Of a stretch of 64,000 nt of DNA, positions 35,101 through 47,344 are shown piece by piece. The DNA is from Raillietiella orientalis (lineage: Eukaryota). The stretch lies in the NCBI GenBank assembly GCA_036172245.1, contig JAYWIR010000036.1, positions 124,001-188,000 on the forward strand. Reading direction: 5' to 3'. A program made the position numbers and the translations under genes. Positions within the stretch are counted from its first letter, which is position 1; the number at the start of each line of letters is the position of its first letter. The notes under the pieces are model-generated. The model saw nothing but the letters and a program-made list of their open reading frames with translations. It searched no databases and was not told where the DNA came from.

Positions 35101-37065
35101 CGCGTGGCGCCCGCGGGCGGGCGAACGCGCGCGCCGCTCCCTCGCACGAGGGGGCACGCGCCGCGCGCGAGGACGCGTGCCGCGTCAGGAACCATCCCGT
35201 GCACCGCGCGCGCCACAGTGATGCGACTGTCCTCCAGCTGATCCCGACAGGTCCCGTCGACCCCTTCTTTCTCTCCGGCAGTCGGGATCCCGGAGCGAGC
35301 CCTGCAGCGGAGCGCGGGCAACCCCACTCGGGAGGAAGAACAGAAGGAGATGCTGAGGGACGGGGGATGAGGGGGACAGAAGAAATGGGGAAGCGAGGAA
35401 GGAAAGGGAAAGGAGGAGGAGGAAGGGGGTATGTGGAAGGGGAAAGAGGAGGAGATAGGAGGCATGCAGCTCGCAGCCTCGGCACGCTCTCGTCCTGGCC
35501 CAATAGCAGTGCTGAGACGATGCACGGGGGACGGTGGGAAGGACTCGGGCTCCCGCTCACTGAAAGCAAGGGTGCCTCCAGCCCTCCAGGAAGTTCCTGA
35601 CGCTCCCGGTAGGCCGCGCCTCCTCCGTTCAGGATTGAGCGCGCGCAATCCCGAACGGAGGCGATGCCCAGCAGCAGCCGCGCGCGACCCCCAGGCAGCG
35701 ACGGTCTTGAAGCGGAGGCCGGGACGGGATCGTTCGGAAAAGGACCTGGTCGGGCTACCGGGCACACGCCACGCACCTCAGCAAACGGCAAAAGCCGGCG
35801 CGGGCTTTCTCGGCGGCCCTCGCAGACCGCGCCGCCGTCTCCAGCGAGGCGCACGCGAGCATTGTTGCCTCATGGCCATTCATGAAGAGCGCGCGTACGC
35901 ACGGATAAGGCGTGTACTGCGCATGCGCTCTCGGCGTGGACTACTCGGGAGGGACAAAGGAGGGAGGCAATCACGGAAAGCAGAGCGCGTCTTTTTCCTT
36001 CTTCTCCTCCTTACCCCCCCCCCCCCCCAAGTTGAAAGGCAATGATTCAATCCATCAAAGAAGAGCTGTCATGGGAACTGTGGGATTGTCCCGATGCAAT
36101 CTGCGTCCGATGATGAGCTGAGGAAAAAGGGAGGAGGAGGATGGAAAGCCGAGCCTCTTGGACCGCCGAAGGTGGCGACGGTGCGAAAGCGCCGCTGCCC
36201 TGCAGGAAGCCCCGCTGAACGCCAGACAAAGAGAACGCCTGAGACGCGCCGGCGCTCGGAGGGCCGGCGGAGGTGAGGAGAAAACACCTCCAGGTACGCA
36301 CGCATGACAGGGACGCGGGCGCGTCCGGACCGCCCGACGCTGCGGAGATGAACCGGGAGGGAGGAGGGGGAATTACCGCGGAACAATGGCTGGAGCGCCG
36401 AAGAGGACGTTTCCTCGGGCGCTTCCCTCTCCGACGCGCCGTGATTGCGGCTGATTGCCCCTCGGAGGCGAGCGCGCCTCCGGAAGGAGGGGCGAGCAGA
36501 AGGGGAAGGCTAACCTGAAGCACGCGAGGTCCACGGAAAGACACTGGAAGCGCCGCCACGGACAGCGGCGGCGGAAACGCACCGCTGTCGGTCGGCCCCC
36601 GCACGCGCCCCGATCGCCTTTCCGGCAAGGAGGAGGAAAAGAGGGTCCACCCAGAATCCGAGAGCGGCATCTCCTTCGGGCAGGCGCTTCGCACGGTGCG
36701 CTTTGGCGCCAACCAGAGCAAGGAGCATCCAGGCTCAACGAACGCTCTTGCGGGTCAGGGAAACAGTTGGAGGGGGAGGAACGGAAGAGGAGGAGCGGAA
36801 GAGGAAGCGAGGAGGAGGAAGAGGAATGCAAGAGGAAAGGAGGAAAAGGAAGGGAGAGGAGGAAGGACGGAGGAGAAGGAGGTGGAACGGAGAGTGGGGT
36901 GGAGCGCGCAACACGGGGGGGGGGGGGGGGGGGATGAGTTACCAGAAGCGGTCCCGCAAACTTTCGGGATGACCTCCATGATCTGCTGGCAGCTGGTGTC
37001 CTCGGCACAGAGCTGCTTGGCCAGGAGGCAGTTCAGGTGGGTGTAGCTCGCCACGGAAAGCACCC
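19712..37065 (-). CDS. Gfrl: GDNF family receptor alpha-like protein (four Cys-rich GFRa/GAS1-type domains plus a RECK-like C-terminal region); spliced, 5' signal-peptide exon not included
   Basis: Exons 37065-36943, 29271-29101, 27591-27444, 26876-26746, 26677-26483, 23680-23455, 21954-21787, 21711-21506, 21382-21242, 21179-21106, 20848-20644, 20509-20364, 20309-20157, 20104-19712. All junctions are GT..AG, phases match, and the frame stays open to TAA at 19712-19714. Motifs CLAALRTLQSFPFFHPTCLCREP, FLFDHPC, IAFCVC, AQSKLHPDCA, CVGWQRVVWANSCV, FQAFRGECVCYAG and FLFLGYS match recalled insect Gfrl. Confidence 0.9.
20157..20309 (-). CDS. Gfrl: Gfrl exon
   Basis: ttttccag|AGC, CGG|gtgag; SSCSLKLRAKLRDNLVIQAVV... 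Confidence 0.8.
20364..20509 (-). CDS. Gfrl: Gfrl exon
   Basis: tcccag|GG, TCG|gtgagt; GSFLFLGYSSADEDVLGARTRLHVDDAVARLEQLV. Confidence 0.85.
20644..20848 (-). CDS. Gfrl: Gfrl exon (RECK-like Cys domain)
   Basis: ggcag|CTG, AG|gtaac; ECSDLCYC...YSHGAPSFQAFRGECVCYAGSFVCARP. Confidence 0.85.
21106..21179 (-). CDS. Gfrl: Gfrl exon
   Basis: cttcag|GA, CGG|gtgagt; LCTVSKEPFLEDQGVVITEGSGIR. Confidence 0.7.
21242..21382 (-). CDS. Gfrl: Gfrl exon (Ala-rich linker)
   Basis: ccacag|TG acceptor gives the recalled CV-VE junction. The phase-1 donor A|gtgcgt is required to reach the next exon in frame. Confidence 0.7.
21506..21711 (-). CDS. Gfrl: Gfrl exon
   Basis: cggcag|G, G|gtaag; KQMETFERACAVDVDTLRCAG...LGTRLRTRCGC...CVGWQRVVWANSCV. 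Confidence 0.88.
21787..21954 (-). CDS. Gfrl: Gfrl exon
   Basis: tcccag|G, AG|gtggg; AANESWDPCALAQSKLHPDCA...CDEVAAACRRDEDDALGC. Confidence 0.85.
23455..23680 (-). CDS. Gfrl: Gfrl exon
   Basis: ttccag|CC, AG|gtgag; HSTCQSALATCLRNKRCNALLRPVMLVCDGVRCDPSRCRQTLRHFY...IAFCVC. Confidence 0.9.
24550..25700 (+). mobile_element. Mutator-like (FLYWCH + MULE) transposon relic in a Gfrl intron
   Basis: AATCCCGAA repeats at 24574, 24606, 24620 and 24805. Then TYLCECSLAKRPC, EHRC...KIVEEAK...TRDLPLHQMI and GELFLD...DSLLTFF...GMVTFE, resembling the MULE DGTF region. Confidence 0.55.
26483..26677 (-). CDS. Gfrl: Gfrl linker exon
   Basis: ttgcag|CC, AAG|gtgag, phase 1-1, open frame SFRENRLDLMSFDRG...ALQQ. 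Non-conserved linker, so support is splice signals only. Confidence 0.65.
26746..26876 (-). CDS. Gfrl: Gfrl exon
   Basis: tctcag|G, G|gtgag; SACLPAWLSLRSVPVFGCICPDGQQHKKKCDRIHDEVHRNPCV. Confidence 0.88.
27444..27591 (-). CDS. Gfrl: Gfrl exon
   Basis: ttccag|AG, GC|gtgag; HLEPYPMQALPTCEYAFNVCRKDRKCSAVYEAFRVSCAAKDGVCVFSN. Confidence 0.88.
27950..28520 (+). mobile_element. L1/Tx1-like RT relic in a Gfrl intron
   Basis: LPPGFRKAVV...NRGDLRPLG resembles LP.S.R.AVI...NWRPIS; downstream RVSTGRRINPPPRGRR. Confidence 0.4.
29101..29271 (-). CDS. Gfrl: Gfrl exon
   Basis: ttgcag|GA, G|gtgag; ACSTAIVSRCLAALRTLQSFPFFHPTCLCREPQSDPECNAFRDFLFDHPCNFVQKK. Confidence 0.9.
31230..31830 (+). mobile_element. L1/Tx1-like LINE 3' end, copy 1
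   Basis: Collinear with 39230-39883 (agatggcccca, gcatcct...ggatgcagagga, pyrimidine tract, gacgaac...hairpin, AATAAA at 31825). Confidence 0.6.
31848..32021 (-). mobile_element. tRNA-derived SINE-like element, copy 2
   Basis: Minus strand ctgtggcggaa...gtgagttcgaatctc...ggggaagggtggacg...agatggcgctgg...ggcttcgggtg. Confidence 0.65.
33750..34560 (+). mobile_element. L1/Tx1-like ORF2 relic (pre-RT and RT start)
   Basis: SMASG.SP..DGVPA, TWRKGQVILAP and DLYRP...ILA across frames resemble KSPGPDG, W..G.I.L.PK and RPI...KILA. Confidence 0.4.
36943..37065 (-). CDS. Gfrl: Gfrl exon (start of first GFRa domain)
   Basis: ttccag|GG acceptor, G|gtaac donor; VLSVASYTHLNCLLAKQLCAEDTSCQQIMEVIPKVCGTAS. 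Confidence 0.85.
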
Positions 37066-39229
37066 CTGGAAGAGAGATGCCGAAGTGAGGAAGAGCAGCA
37101 GTGCCTCCGCGCTCCTCCCGTGGGAACCCTGCGAGCCCGAACGGCGAGCTGCCATCGCCGCTGACCCCTCGGGAGGGGAGATCACGTACGCAGGGGTGAG
37201 TTCCTACCTTCGTGTGGATCGTAGACGGAGGTCACGCGAACTCCGGAAAGCCCCACTGACGCGGAGGAGGCTGGAAGCGATAGCAGCTCCTTCCGAAAAG
37301 CATCCCCTGGCGCCATTTCTCCAAGGTGTCCTGCGGACGCAGCTGTTCGCGAGCCGGAACCCCCCTTACGAACAACCTCGGCCGTCTGCCACGTCAGTCT
37401 TTACATCGTGCACGTTTTCTTTCAATGGGCGCCTCGGGGCAGCCGGGTGTGTTGCCTCTGAGGAAGTGCAGCCCCATCAAACACACGGAAGATCGCTCCA
37501 GCCCTTCCTGAAGACCCTGGGACTGAATGCTAGTGACCCGTCACTGCCGCCTCCACCGCCGAAGAGCAGTGCGCTGTGGACCTCTCTGCTGGGAGGACAA
37601 GCGTGTAGAAGGAACCGTTGTCCAGAAACGCGAAGGGGTAGACGCACCCTCAGGCAAAGGAATGTTTTCTCTGCAAGTGCCTTGGCTGCCTAACGCCTCG
37701 TTCTCGCATGGCGAATGACGTGGGCGTATTGTATGTACGAAGCGACGGGCATCCATAGTCTGCATGTCTCTTCCTCTCCTCTTTCGGATGGTGTCTTCTA
37801 CGCAGTGCGCAGGAGCACGCGCTGTTTGTCGCCGGCTGCTCGGTCAGCGATCGGCAGCTTGTCCACGGGGGAGGCATGCCGAGTGGTCACCACGAGTCTC
37901 GGCTCGCTCTTCTCCGGTCCGGCAGCGGCGGGACGCCGAACGGATAGCCTGCGCCCCCAAGCACACCCCGGCCCGCGTTTACGGCGCGACTGTCCGCGGA
38001 GCTTCTTCGACGCCTTTGCTTCGTGGCGCGGCGGTGGACGCGAGCGCAAAAGAGGCGGCGAGCGGCCCGACCGTGTAGCCCCGGGTGCGTGCACAGCCAA
38101 GCGCCCCAGGGAAATTCTCGAAATGGCGTGAGATGCTGGAGGGCGGTCGCAATCCAGGCCCTCTCCTCCTTCGGAGCCCACGGCGCTCCTCTCTTTCTCG
38201 TCCAAAATGCGCGGTCGTTGCAGCGACGCGAGCGGATGCGGAAAGGATGGGAAGATTCCTCAACTGCCTCCAGCGACCACGGTGCCACGCGCCACGGCGC
38301 CGCTCCAGGGATTCTCGAGGGATCTCGATGCAGGCGCCAGTCCCCCTCTAGAACGCTAACCACAAAAAGATCGGGAAAAGGTCAGCGGGGTCATCAACAC
38401 TGGGCCTACTGCAATCCGAGGTTCGCAGCCCAGCAGTGGTCAGAGCCGATGAGGCGGGACGAGTGAAAGGTGCAACGCGGGGGTGGAGCAGGAATTCCAG
38501 GAGGCGAAAGAAAAAGCTGGAGCTCGTCTTCCAGACTCCCTTGATCGGAAGACACCCCTCCAAGTGCTTGGCACCGAACGGTGGAAGGAGGCGCAGGACG
38601 TTCCCTGCGCCGCCTCAAGCATTGATTGACCGCCGATGGTTTTCGCCAAGTCAGAGCAGGGAGGGAGGTCGGCGCGCAGGAGGGAAGAGGAACGAGTCAT
38701 CTCCACTTCTCGTCGCGGCGGGTCGGGGAGGGGGGAAAGGGGGAAATTCGTCACGACAATGTCAGCTGTGCGCTCGCCGCGTCCACGGACGCGGCGTTGA
38801 ACGCCTTCGCAGAGTTGGGGCGCGGGAGCTTCACGGAACCCACCGGCGAGTGGAAAAGACCTTATTCATAAGATAGGACGCCGTCCGCAGCGGTTTTTGT
38901 GTGTTCGCTTGGCCAGCGTCCATTTGTCCCCTGCTGAATTTGCGGTTCTGGTTTTCGGTTCCGCGTGGTTTCCGCAGGGTTGTCACGGATCGAGGATCGA
39001 TAAGCAGACCCCCGCGAGTGCATCCAACCTCTTGAAAAACGACCACTGCCCTCCCAGAGGGAGCGCCGGCGAAGTGGGAAGTCTCGTGTGAGATCGACTC
39101 CAAAAAGGACTTGGATGGTGTCAGACCATGGGCCGGTTGCGATCCCAAGTGCCCCACCGAAAGAACCCGATTGGGATTCCCCTAGGGCTTGAGAAACTCT
39201 CGCACACCCTCCCTTTGAAATGACAGGGG

Positions 39230-39883
39230 TTAGTGTTGATGCTGCTGCACTGAGGCCTCCCGTACGACGCCCTCAGGCATCATTGGATCCGGGGGAGACT
39301 GAACCGGAACTGTGGCCAAGTGCGGGGAGCGTGAATCCCTCCCGCACCTGCTTGTGGATTGTGTTGTTGCCCTCCAGCCCATCTGGAAGCTCTTTGCCGC
39401 GATCCCAGGAACTCCCGGCAGCAACTCCAGGGAGTCTTTATGACCCCTCCTCCTACGCGACGCACTTCGGCCGGCAACCTCTCTCACAGCTCTCTGCTGC
39501 CTACGCGCAGTCGTCGCTGCCTGGAGCGACGCAAGAAGAGGACCGAGCGACAGGGGTGCCACATCCACTTTGCCGTCCGCTTCATGAGGACAGCAACGAG
39601 ATGGCCCCACCTGAACAACTCCACGCAGCAAGAGCTTGCCGGCATCCTCGAAAGGATGCAGAGGACCTCCCCCAGCAGGATACGTGACCCTTTCCCGCCG
39701 CCCACCTACACCCATGTTTCTTTCTTTATTTTTATTTCTTTTGCTTCACCCCTCTCCTCTGCTGTCGTGACGAACTCCACCGGTCTGCGCGCCGGTAACC
39801 CGGCAGGCTCCTGGTGAAACGGACGTGGTTGGACAGATGGTTCAACCACAATTCTCCTTAAATGTTTATTTATTCACAATAAA
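39230..39883 (+). mobile_element. L1/Tx1-like LINE 3' end with zf-RVT, copy 2
   Basis: LLH*GLP...KCGERESLPHLLVDCVVA (about 39318-39371) fits the zf-RVT pattern; AATAAA at 39878. Confidence 0.65.
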
Positions 39884-40162
39884 TGCTCCAGCGCACCAAG
39901 GTGATGATAACCTAAGTGCCTCTTTGCACAGGATGCTCTGACGCCAGCCGCGTCCCCAGTGGCACTTTGCTGCCTTCGCGGGAGTGCGAACTGCCTGGAG
40001 CAACAACACCCAAGGAAAAGGCGCTGACGACGACAGGGTCGCCGTCCACCATGCGGTTTGTTTTCTCGGGATCACAGCGAGATGGTCCCACCTGGGAAAC
40101 ACCCAGCAGAACGTGACCCCCTCCCCCTCCTCCCAAAGTTTTTTCAAATATATATATATATA

Positions 40163-40500
40163 CAGGGGGTACCTCGGAACTCGACGGTTTCGGAGCTCTT
40201 CACACTCGGCACTCGTCTCGTTTTGAAGAGGGAAAAAATGTTTCGACACTCGGCGCACGCTCGGAACTCGACACCACCCCCGCTCTCGCGCTGACACACG
40301 TGAGCACTCGAGTCCCGCGAGCAGTGCCCAACACTTCCATGCAGTGCCTCCCGAAGCGTTCCTTTTCGTGTGCTTTCCGTGCATTTTAAGCGTGAATCGC
40401 GAGTCCTAAAGTGGTTAAAAATGATACCACGAAACTGCACAAGAAGGAACTTGTTCCGTACTCGCCACGAGTTCCGGAACGAATTACCGAAGTACCACTG
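40163..40500. mobile_element. Same MITE family, copy 2
   Basis: TA|CAGGGGGTACCTCGG...CCGAAGTACCACTG|TA, at the end of a (TA)n tract. Internal blocks cagtgcccaacacttcca and aaaatgataccacgaa are shared with copy 1. Confidence 0.88.
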
Positions 40501-43500
40501 TAGCTTTATTCTATTTTCATCTTTGCTTGCCCCCCTCTCCCCTCCTATCTGCTGCCGAGGCGACCCTCTCCGGCCTGCGCACCAGCTTCTCGGTAGTTTC
40601 CGCAGGCGAGGAAGCACCGAGGAAAGCCCCCACCGTTTTGGGAAGTTTATTTTTTCGAGAAGAAACGCACCGAGGAGCGCACCCAGGTGGAGAGACAAAT
40701 AGCCACTGGAGGGATCTCGAGGAGTGTGAGGAATGGTCGGTGGTCATTCCCAATCACCCCTGCAAGTCACGGGCTCAGCGGGGATGGTGGAAGAAGAGAT
40801 TACCCTGGAAGGATTATTTTCTTTCCGCTTTCGGGACGACCCCTTCCTCGAAACGGGGAGACGTCGACGGACGTGACCCGAAGTACCCGGACGCCCGGGG
40901 GCTGCGTCCCTGGGAGCCGATTCTGGTGGGCTCGTGGCTCGTCTGGAAATCGGGACGGAGGCTGAGCTCTCCTGCCGCCCCTTGCGCGAAACCTCCTCGG
41001 CAGACAACGCTGCTGTCTCCCCAGAGGGAGCGACGGGCATCTACGACTGCTAGAGCGCGTCCCGGCATCCCAACTTCCGCCTCCGGAAGGGAGCGTTCTT
41101 CTCCCCCTTTACATCACGCATGCGCTCCATCTGTCGAAATAGGGGGAGGGGGGTACTTCCTGCTCAGACGATTTACAGGTTTCCCCATCCCCGCTATCAA
41201 AGCCATCCCTCTCCCGGGCACACCATCGATCTCTCGTCCACGAGCCACACTCCGGCGCCCGCCCCCCATGGGCGAGTCGCGGCGAAACCGGACCGCCTCG
41301 AACCGACGCACCCGACCGCGCTCTCTCAAAAGGGGAAAACACACCGCTTTCCAGCATTCTCATCCGGGGAGGAGGGGGGAAGGAAAGAGCAGCCCTCGGC
41401 GGATGACAAATGGTCTCCGACGTCCAGGATCCTATTTTTTTTTTTTTTTTTTTTTTTGACAAATCACTTCGTGCCTTGATACGTAACGCGGACCTTAGCG
41501 GAGCGTCAGCATCAATTTGGCTTCAAGGTTTTTCCGAGGGGGTTCAAGGACTCGCTTGCGGGACTCGCGTGCATCTCACGCGACCACCCGAAAGATCGAT
41601 CCCTCCCCGCGAACCGGACGCGCGCGGGGGAGGGGGCATCAATGGGATCACGGGAGCGGCGTGGTCATCTGCTCCGACCGTCCGTGCAGGAGGAACGCCG
41701 AGGGCGGCGCGCCATGGTCGCACGGACCATCCCCGCAGTGATGGGAGACAGCAGCAGCAGCACCCGTGCGAAAGAAAAAAAAGGATGGTTCCCTTTGCAC
41801 CATCCCCGTCTGCCACAGGTGCCAGCGAGACGCACTCGCAAGCAGATCGGCGCTCAGCTCATAGCAGCCGCGGGCGCCCCCGAATCTACGATGAACGCGC
41901 GCGGAGGCCGGGAAATCAACGGGGTCAATTCGTCCCCAATACCTGCGCGCCCGGAATGTGCGCGACCCGGCAGCGAGGAGGCTGTTCCGTCCTCGCAGGA
42001 ACGCCCCTCGCCGTATTTCCTGGGGAGGAGGAGGAGGAAGAGAAGAGGACAAGAGGGTCCCACCCCCACCCTAACCCCGCTGGCTTGCGTATAGACTGCG
42101 CTTCTTGGGAACCGACGGACGCCCGCAAAGCAGACCCCGGTTGCGTGAAGCGCAGCGTCAAGAGCTCGGACGCGGATGCATGAACCACTGCCAGCTGGAA
42201 GTCCGGTTTCCATGGACGCAGGCAGGCGGCGGACGGCCGCCAGAGCTGCTGGGTCTCTGAGGGTTTTCGGTGCCCACCATGGCCACTGAAGAACCTTCGT
42301 CCACTTTCCATTTTCTTTCCAGCGACCGTCCATGTCATGCAAGAGGCTCCAGAAGGCGGGGAAATGGAACGCAGAGGAACGCCCAACAAACCAGAGCGCG
42401 GGGTTCGGGGGTGATGGGAGAAAAAAATCCAAGTACGCAACAGCGGAAGGAAAAAAAGCGAACGGAAAACTTCCCTCGTTCGATCGCAATCCAATCGCGG
42501 GATCGAGTTCACTGGTGGACAGAGCCTTGATGCGATTGCTCGTCACGCAAGCCCGAGAGCCGTGCCTGCCCGGGGAAGATTCCAAAATTCATTGTATTCC
42601 TTGAAAGGTGGAGAACTGCTTTGCAAAAAGAAAAAAAAAAAGAAAAAACGGGAATTTTCCTTGTCACATAACATCCGGGAAGACGCACCGAAGCAGCCTG
42701 GATGTTTAATTTTGCTCCCACCGCGGGCTCCAAACCTGCGCAGCCTTGGCTCTCTCTCCCGACGCTTGATATTTCACTGCCACGAGAAACAGTTTGCGTC
42801 AACGTGCGCAAAGAGCGCGCAAGGGAAGAAAAGGATGGTGAGGTCGTTTGTTTCTTCCCATCATCTCCTGAGATGAAGCTGCCGCGACTGTGGCACGTAC
42901 CCGAGACATGAACCGAAGACGACACCCATCGCTAGCACCTACGAATGGATGCTTGCCAATCTTCCTACACGAAATTCCAAGGTTACCCTCCTTCTGTCTT
43001 CGTCGGGAGCGCGCGGCTTGACGCGGCCGCGTCACTCTCACCCGATGGAAACGAAAGATTTCATGCAGGAAGCCTTTAAAAATCGCGACGATCCTGTGGA
43101 GTGGCGCGAGCTCTCTCTCCTTGCTCGCTACTAGCTATTAAACATTCCTGACAGGGGAGATGCGAGGGAAGCGTGCCAGAAGCAGCTCGCAAGAAGGGCG
43201 CCTGCAAACATCGAGGGGCGTCTTCAGCTTCCGGAAGAGGCATGGTCCGATCTCCACCGACCCCGCGCTGCTTGTCACTTGGCCGCTGGACGGAGTGTTT
43301 CGCTTTCGTTTCCGGCAGGACCCGTGGTCTTCTTGGACCGCGAATTCTGACCGAAGTCTCACTGTTGGCCTTTGCACGAGCATTTTCCTTCTTCCTTTCT
43401 GGGGGCAGACAGAAGTTCGCTCGAGAGGAAGATGCAAATCTTCGAGTGAAGAACCTCCTGGAGCTGCATCGTCCGTCACTGGGCGCACTCATCGCCTACG

Positions 43501-46500
43501 CCCCACTCCCTCGCGTCCAGGTCGTGTTGGGATCAGAGCAAAAGGTTGCAAGCGACGCCAGGTGTCGCAAGCGCCGTCGACTACGTGCCGGTGCAGCAGA
43601 GCAAACAGGCAGAAGGTCTCAGAAGAACTGCAGAGGACTGCACTGCATGGAAGAAGCAGTGGGAGCACGGAGCGCGGGAACCGGATTTCTCAAGAGGTTG
43701 CCCGAAGACGCACCCGGCAAAGAGAAAAAACCTTATGGGAAGAAGAGGTCGTGAATTCGATGGTTCAGTGCGCAGAGATGAAACCCGAGGCGTTCGCGTG
43801 GCACTGAGCGAGCAAGAGGAGGCGTTTGCAGGAGGAAGGAATTCAGCTCCGTCCCCCACGTCCCACTGCAGCGCAGTCCGCGGAGGACGAACCTCGGTAG
43901 AAGCCGTGAGGACGGGCGAGCGACTCAGGGCCACTGCATTGGTGGGAACGTAGAGAAGGAAGAGAGAAAGGAAGGGAGGAGTCGGAGAAACGAGTCGTGA
44001 GCGAGGCGGCTGCAAGCAGGCAATAGGAAAGATTTGAGGCAAATGAGTCCGGCTCCAAGGAAATGGAGCCTACTACTATTCAAGGATCCAGAACATAAAC
44101 GAACGCTTCTAACATATTAATTACTGCTAAATGTTTGGTAAAATGCTATGAACTTACGAAATCCTACAATCAATTCCTAACTTTAGGAAATGAATACATG
44201 TTAATCCTATGGGTGCGGAGCTCATCAGATTGAAAGGTTCCGTGTTGATGGCACGCGAGTCGCAGTGGCCACCTCTGTGGACGGAATGCCCTTTCGCGCG
44301 CTCCATCGAGGAACCGGTTGACTACATAACGTGCCGATTCATGTTACTATTGTAATTGTTTATTTACACCACATTAAATAAAACACCTTCATTTTTCCCA
44401 AACATCTATTATTTATTTACAAATTACAATTCCAATAAAGTCAATAATTCATTTGGATCTGGTACAATATAATAAATTACGCACGACACAACTGTAACAT
44501 TATACTGTTCTCGGTGACTCTCTGAAAAAGCGAGAATCGTTAGCCGATATAAATAGAACTTTGTTTACTGTCGTTGCTAAGGGAACTATAAGAATTATAA
44601 GTGTATGTGTCCATCTCAAACATTGCTACTGTCAACTTATGTCGCGTGTACAAGGTAAAAAACATTTGCCAAATGCATATATGAGTCCGTAGTTCCACGC
44701 TGATAGTTTTCGTCGGACGCATAGATGCGTCCGTAGCACTCAAGGGTTCATTAAGGAACTTGACGGGAGGATTCATGAAGAGGAAGGAAACGCGGACCGT
44801 CCAGAATAATTCGAATTCGAGTGAACGTGAAACTGCCAGCGGAAATACCAGGGAAGACAACCTCCCGTTCGGCCAGTGGGAGATGGCTGCAAGAACACCT
44901 CGGGACGTAAGACGGGATGAGCCCTTTCGAAGCAGATTCAAAAGATTACCCTCCCTTTTCCTTCAAAAGCCCCCCTTTCTTTTTCGCCGTTAGGGGAGCG
45001 GGAGGAGGAGAGCGAAGGAAGAGATCCGACAAAACAACAACAACGAGAGAAATCTTCGCAAAACTCGCCGACACCCCGAATCACCAGCACCTGTCTCGAT
45101 AGGGATGTCTTTGATACATCACTGATCTTTCTGCAGCGCTTAATTGAGAAAACTTCTTGCGGGGACGGCTCCCTTCTGCCCCTTTCAAGCCTTGCACGCC
45201 GAAACTTTTTGGACCAGGCACTCCCGTCCCTTGGAGCTCACGTCCACCAATCCTAACGGTGCATACAGCAAATCGATGGAAGGATCCCTTTTGGAATGGG
45301 GTGTGTTAGGGAAGGCGAGGCAAAAAACACCAGCGGCATGCAGATCGACCTGGAAGACAACCGCAACAGCAAAAAACGGGGACTCCTTTCATGGGGACTC
45401 CAAGTTGTCCGGATTCCCTTGCGAGCAAAAGGAACGGGGACGGCGACAACATTGCGTACCGTAAGCCGACGAAACGACGGCCACGGCGGCACGCTCGCAC
45501 TGACAAACGCCTGCCTGGGAAAGGGAGGGGGGGAGAGCACCAATTCGGACGAACCGCGGAAGACCGCCGAAAAAAGATTCCAGAGTGCGCGCCACGCGCG
45601 CGAGAGACTACGCCGAGGAGCACCCTTCGCACCCTTCGGCCATAGGCCGTGCGGCTTCGGTTCTCTTGGCAACGGATGGTGGAGAGATCGTTACGCGCTC
45701 TGTAATCCCGCCTTCCCGGCGCAGGAACTCTTTCTCGTTCCTTCGCCGAAATGAGGTCGCGGATCATCTTCGCCCCCTCGAGTGCGCTGCAACGTCCACC
45801 AGGAGACCTGCCCGCCGGGAAGCCCAGAGATGAGGGCTCATCTTCTCAGCTCACAGGCTCGCTTTCAAGGGACAGGAGTGCTTTGAAACGGCCGATCGCC
45901 GTTCACGGGAGCGTTCTTGGGAGCGTATTTTTAACAGCACGTTGTCGCAAGTTACCTAGCAACGGGCTCGAAAACTCTCGGCAGTGCCGCGCCGGCTTTT
46001 GGGAGGGGGGTGGGACAGCAGTCAGGAGAAAAAGACAGGAGAGGCCAACAAGGGAGGAAAAGGGATTTTTCCATTTGGGAGAAGGGATGGCAGAGCGCGC
46101 CAGTGGCACGGAAGTGCACTTTCCCGGACGGCACGCGTGGAAGCTTGAGGGCAGCGGTCGCCACCGACGACAGAAGACCAGAGATGGCGACCCCGCCTTC
46201 GCAGGGCTGCCTGTCGTGCTCCCAGAGGGCCATCCAGAGTTAGCGAGCGGCGGAAGCGGAATGCAGCGCAGGGTTGCCACCTTCGGCCAACGAAATGATC
46301 GCGCGGGGGTCGGAGCAAGCGCGCTGCTTGGAACTGAGGAGCACGATAAAACTCGCATTTCGAAGAGATTCGTGACGGCGCACTTTAAGGAAATTTGTAA
46401 GTGCATTCTACAAAATACTCCTTGAAAGAAAGAAAAAACTGGAATGCTCTGGAATTAAGTACTTCCCGAACATAATGGAAGGCACGACTGTTTTTAGGAG

Positions 46501-47344
46501 TAATTGACAAAGACATGCACGATGAGGGGCGCATGATTTCGCACGAAATGATTCCCGTCACAACTCACTCCGCTTCCCGTCTGAAAGGGAAGACATTCAA
46601 GCCGTGTTCCAAGTGCTATTCCACCTTCAGATGCAAGCGGGATCGTCGAGAGCAGCCGGGAGGGAGCTTCTTCCCGCCAGCGGTTGGGGATGGTGCGCGG
46701 GAGGGAGGGGAGGGGAGAGGGAAGAAGGGGGGAAACCTTTGTAGTCTGCTTGAAATTGCGCCCAAAGGGAGGGGACTTCTGGGATTCTTAGCGGGGCTGC
46801 CGGGACGAAGGACGAAATCGGATTTGTCTCCGGGAGGGCGATGGTGCGGGACGGGGCAGGAACCCATCGGGGGAGGAAGGGAAAAGGGAGGGGGGCAGCA
46901 GAGATCCGTCCGTCGCCGCTTCCGGCCCTCGGCATCAGTCCTCCTCTGGACGGCGTTCCGGAACGGAAGTGCGCTTCGGATTGATTCCCGGAGGACGACC
47001 ACTTCCGCTCTTCTTCCAGGACGATCCTTTTTTCCGGGACCACGGCGATCGACCGCTCCTGCTCTCCCCCGGGCGGGGTGAGTCTTCCAAGAACAGGTGG
47101 GGGAGTACCTGGAAGTCCGGGATCATGCATGACCCGGGTCGTTTTACCACGAGGAGAACCCGTGCGGGGGGGGGAGCGTGGAGCGGCTGTTCTTTCGCAC
47201 TTACGTGTGTGCATGTGTGCGCATTCCAAATGCACGAACACGTGCATCACGTGTTTGGACTCACGCGTGCCCGCGTCAACGCACGTGCATGCATAAATGT
47301 GCAGCCGTACGCACGATACACATATGAAGCCGCAGTGCGCACAC

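Noticed and set aside
39762..39830. gTGACGA...GAAAC as a hammerhead
   Set aside because: C3 is missing and there is no stem I or valid cleavage triplet.
43300..43950. Protein-like fragments (WKKQWEHG) as a LINE RNase H tail
   Set aside because: Too decayed to assign.
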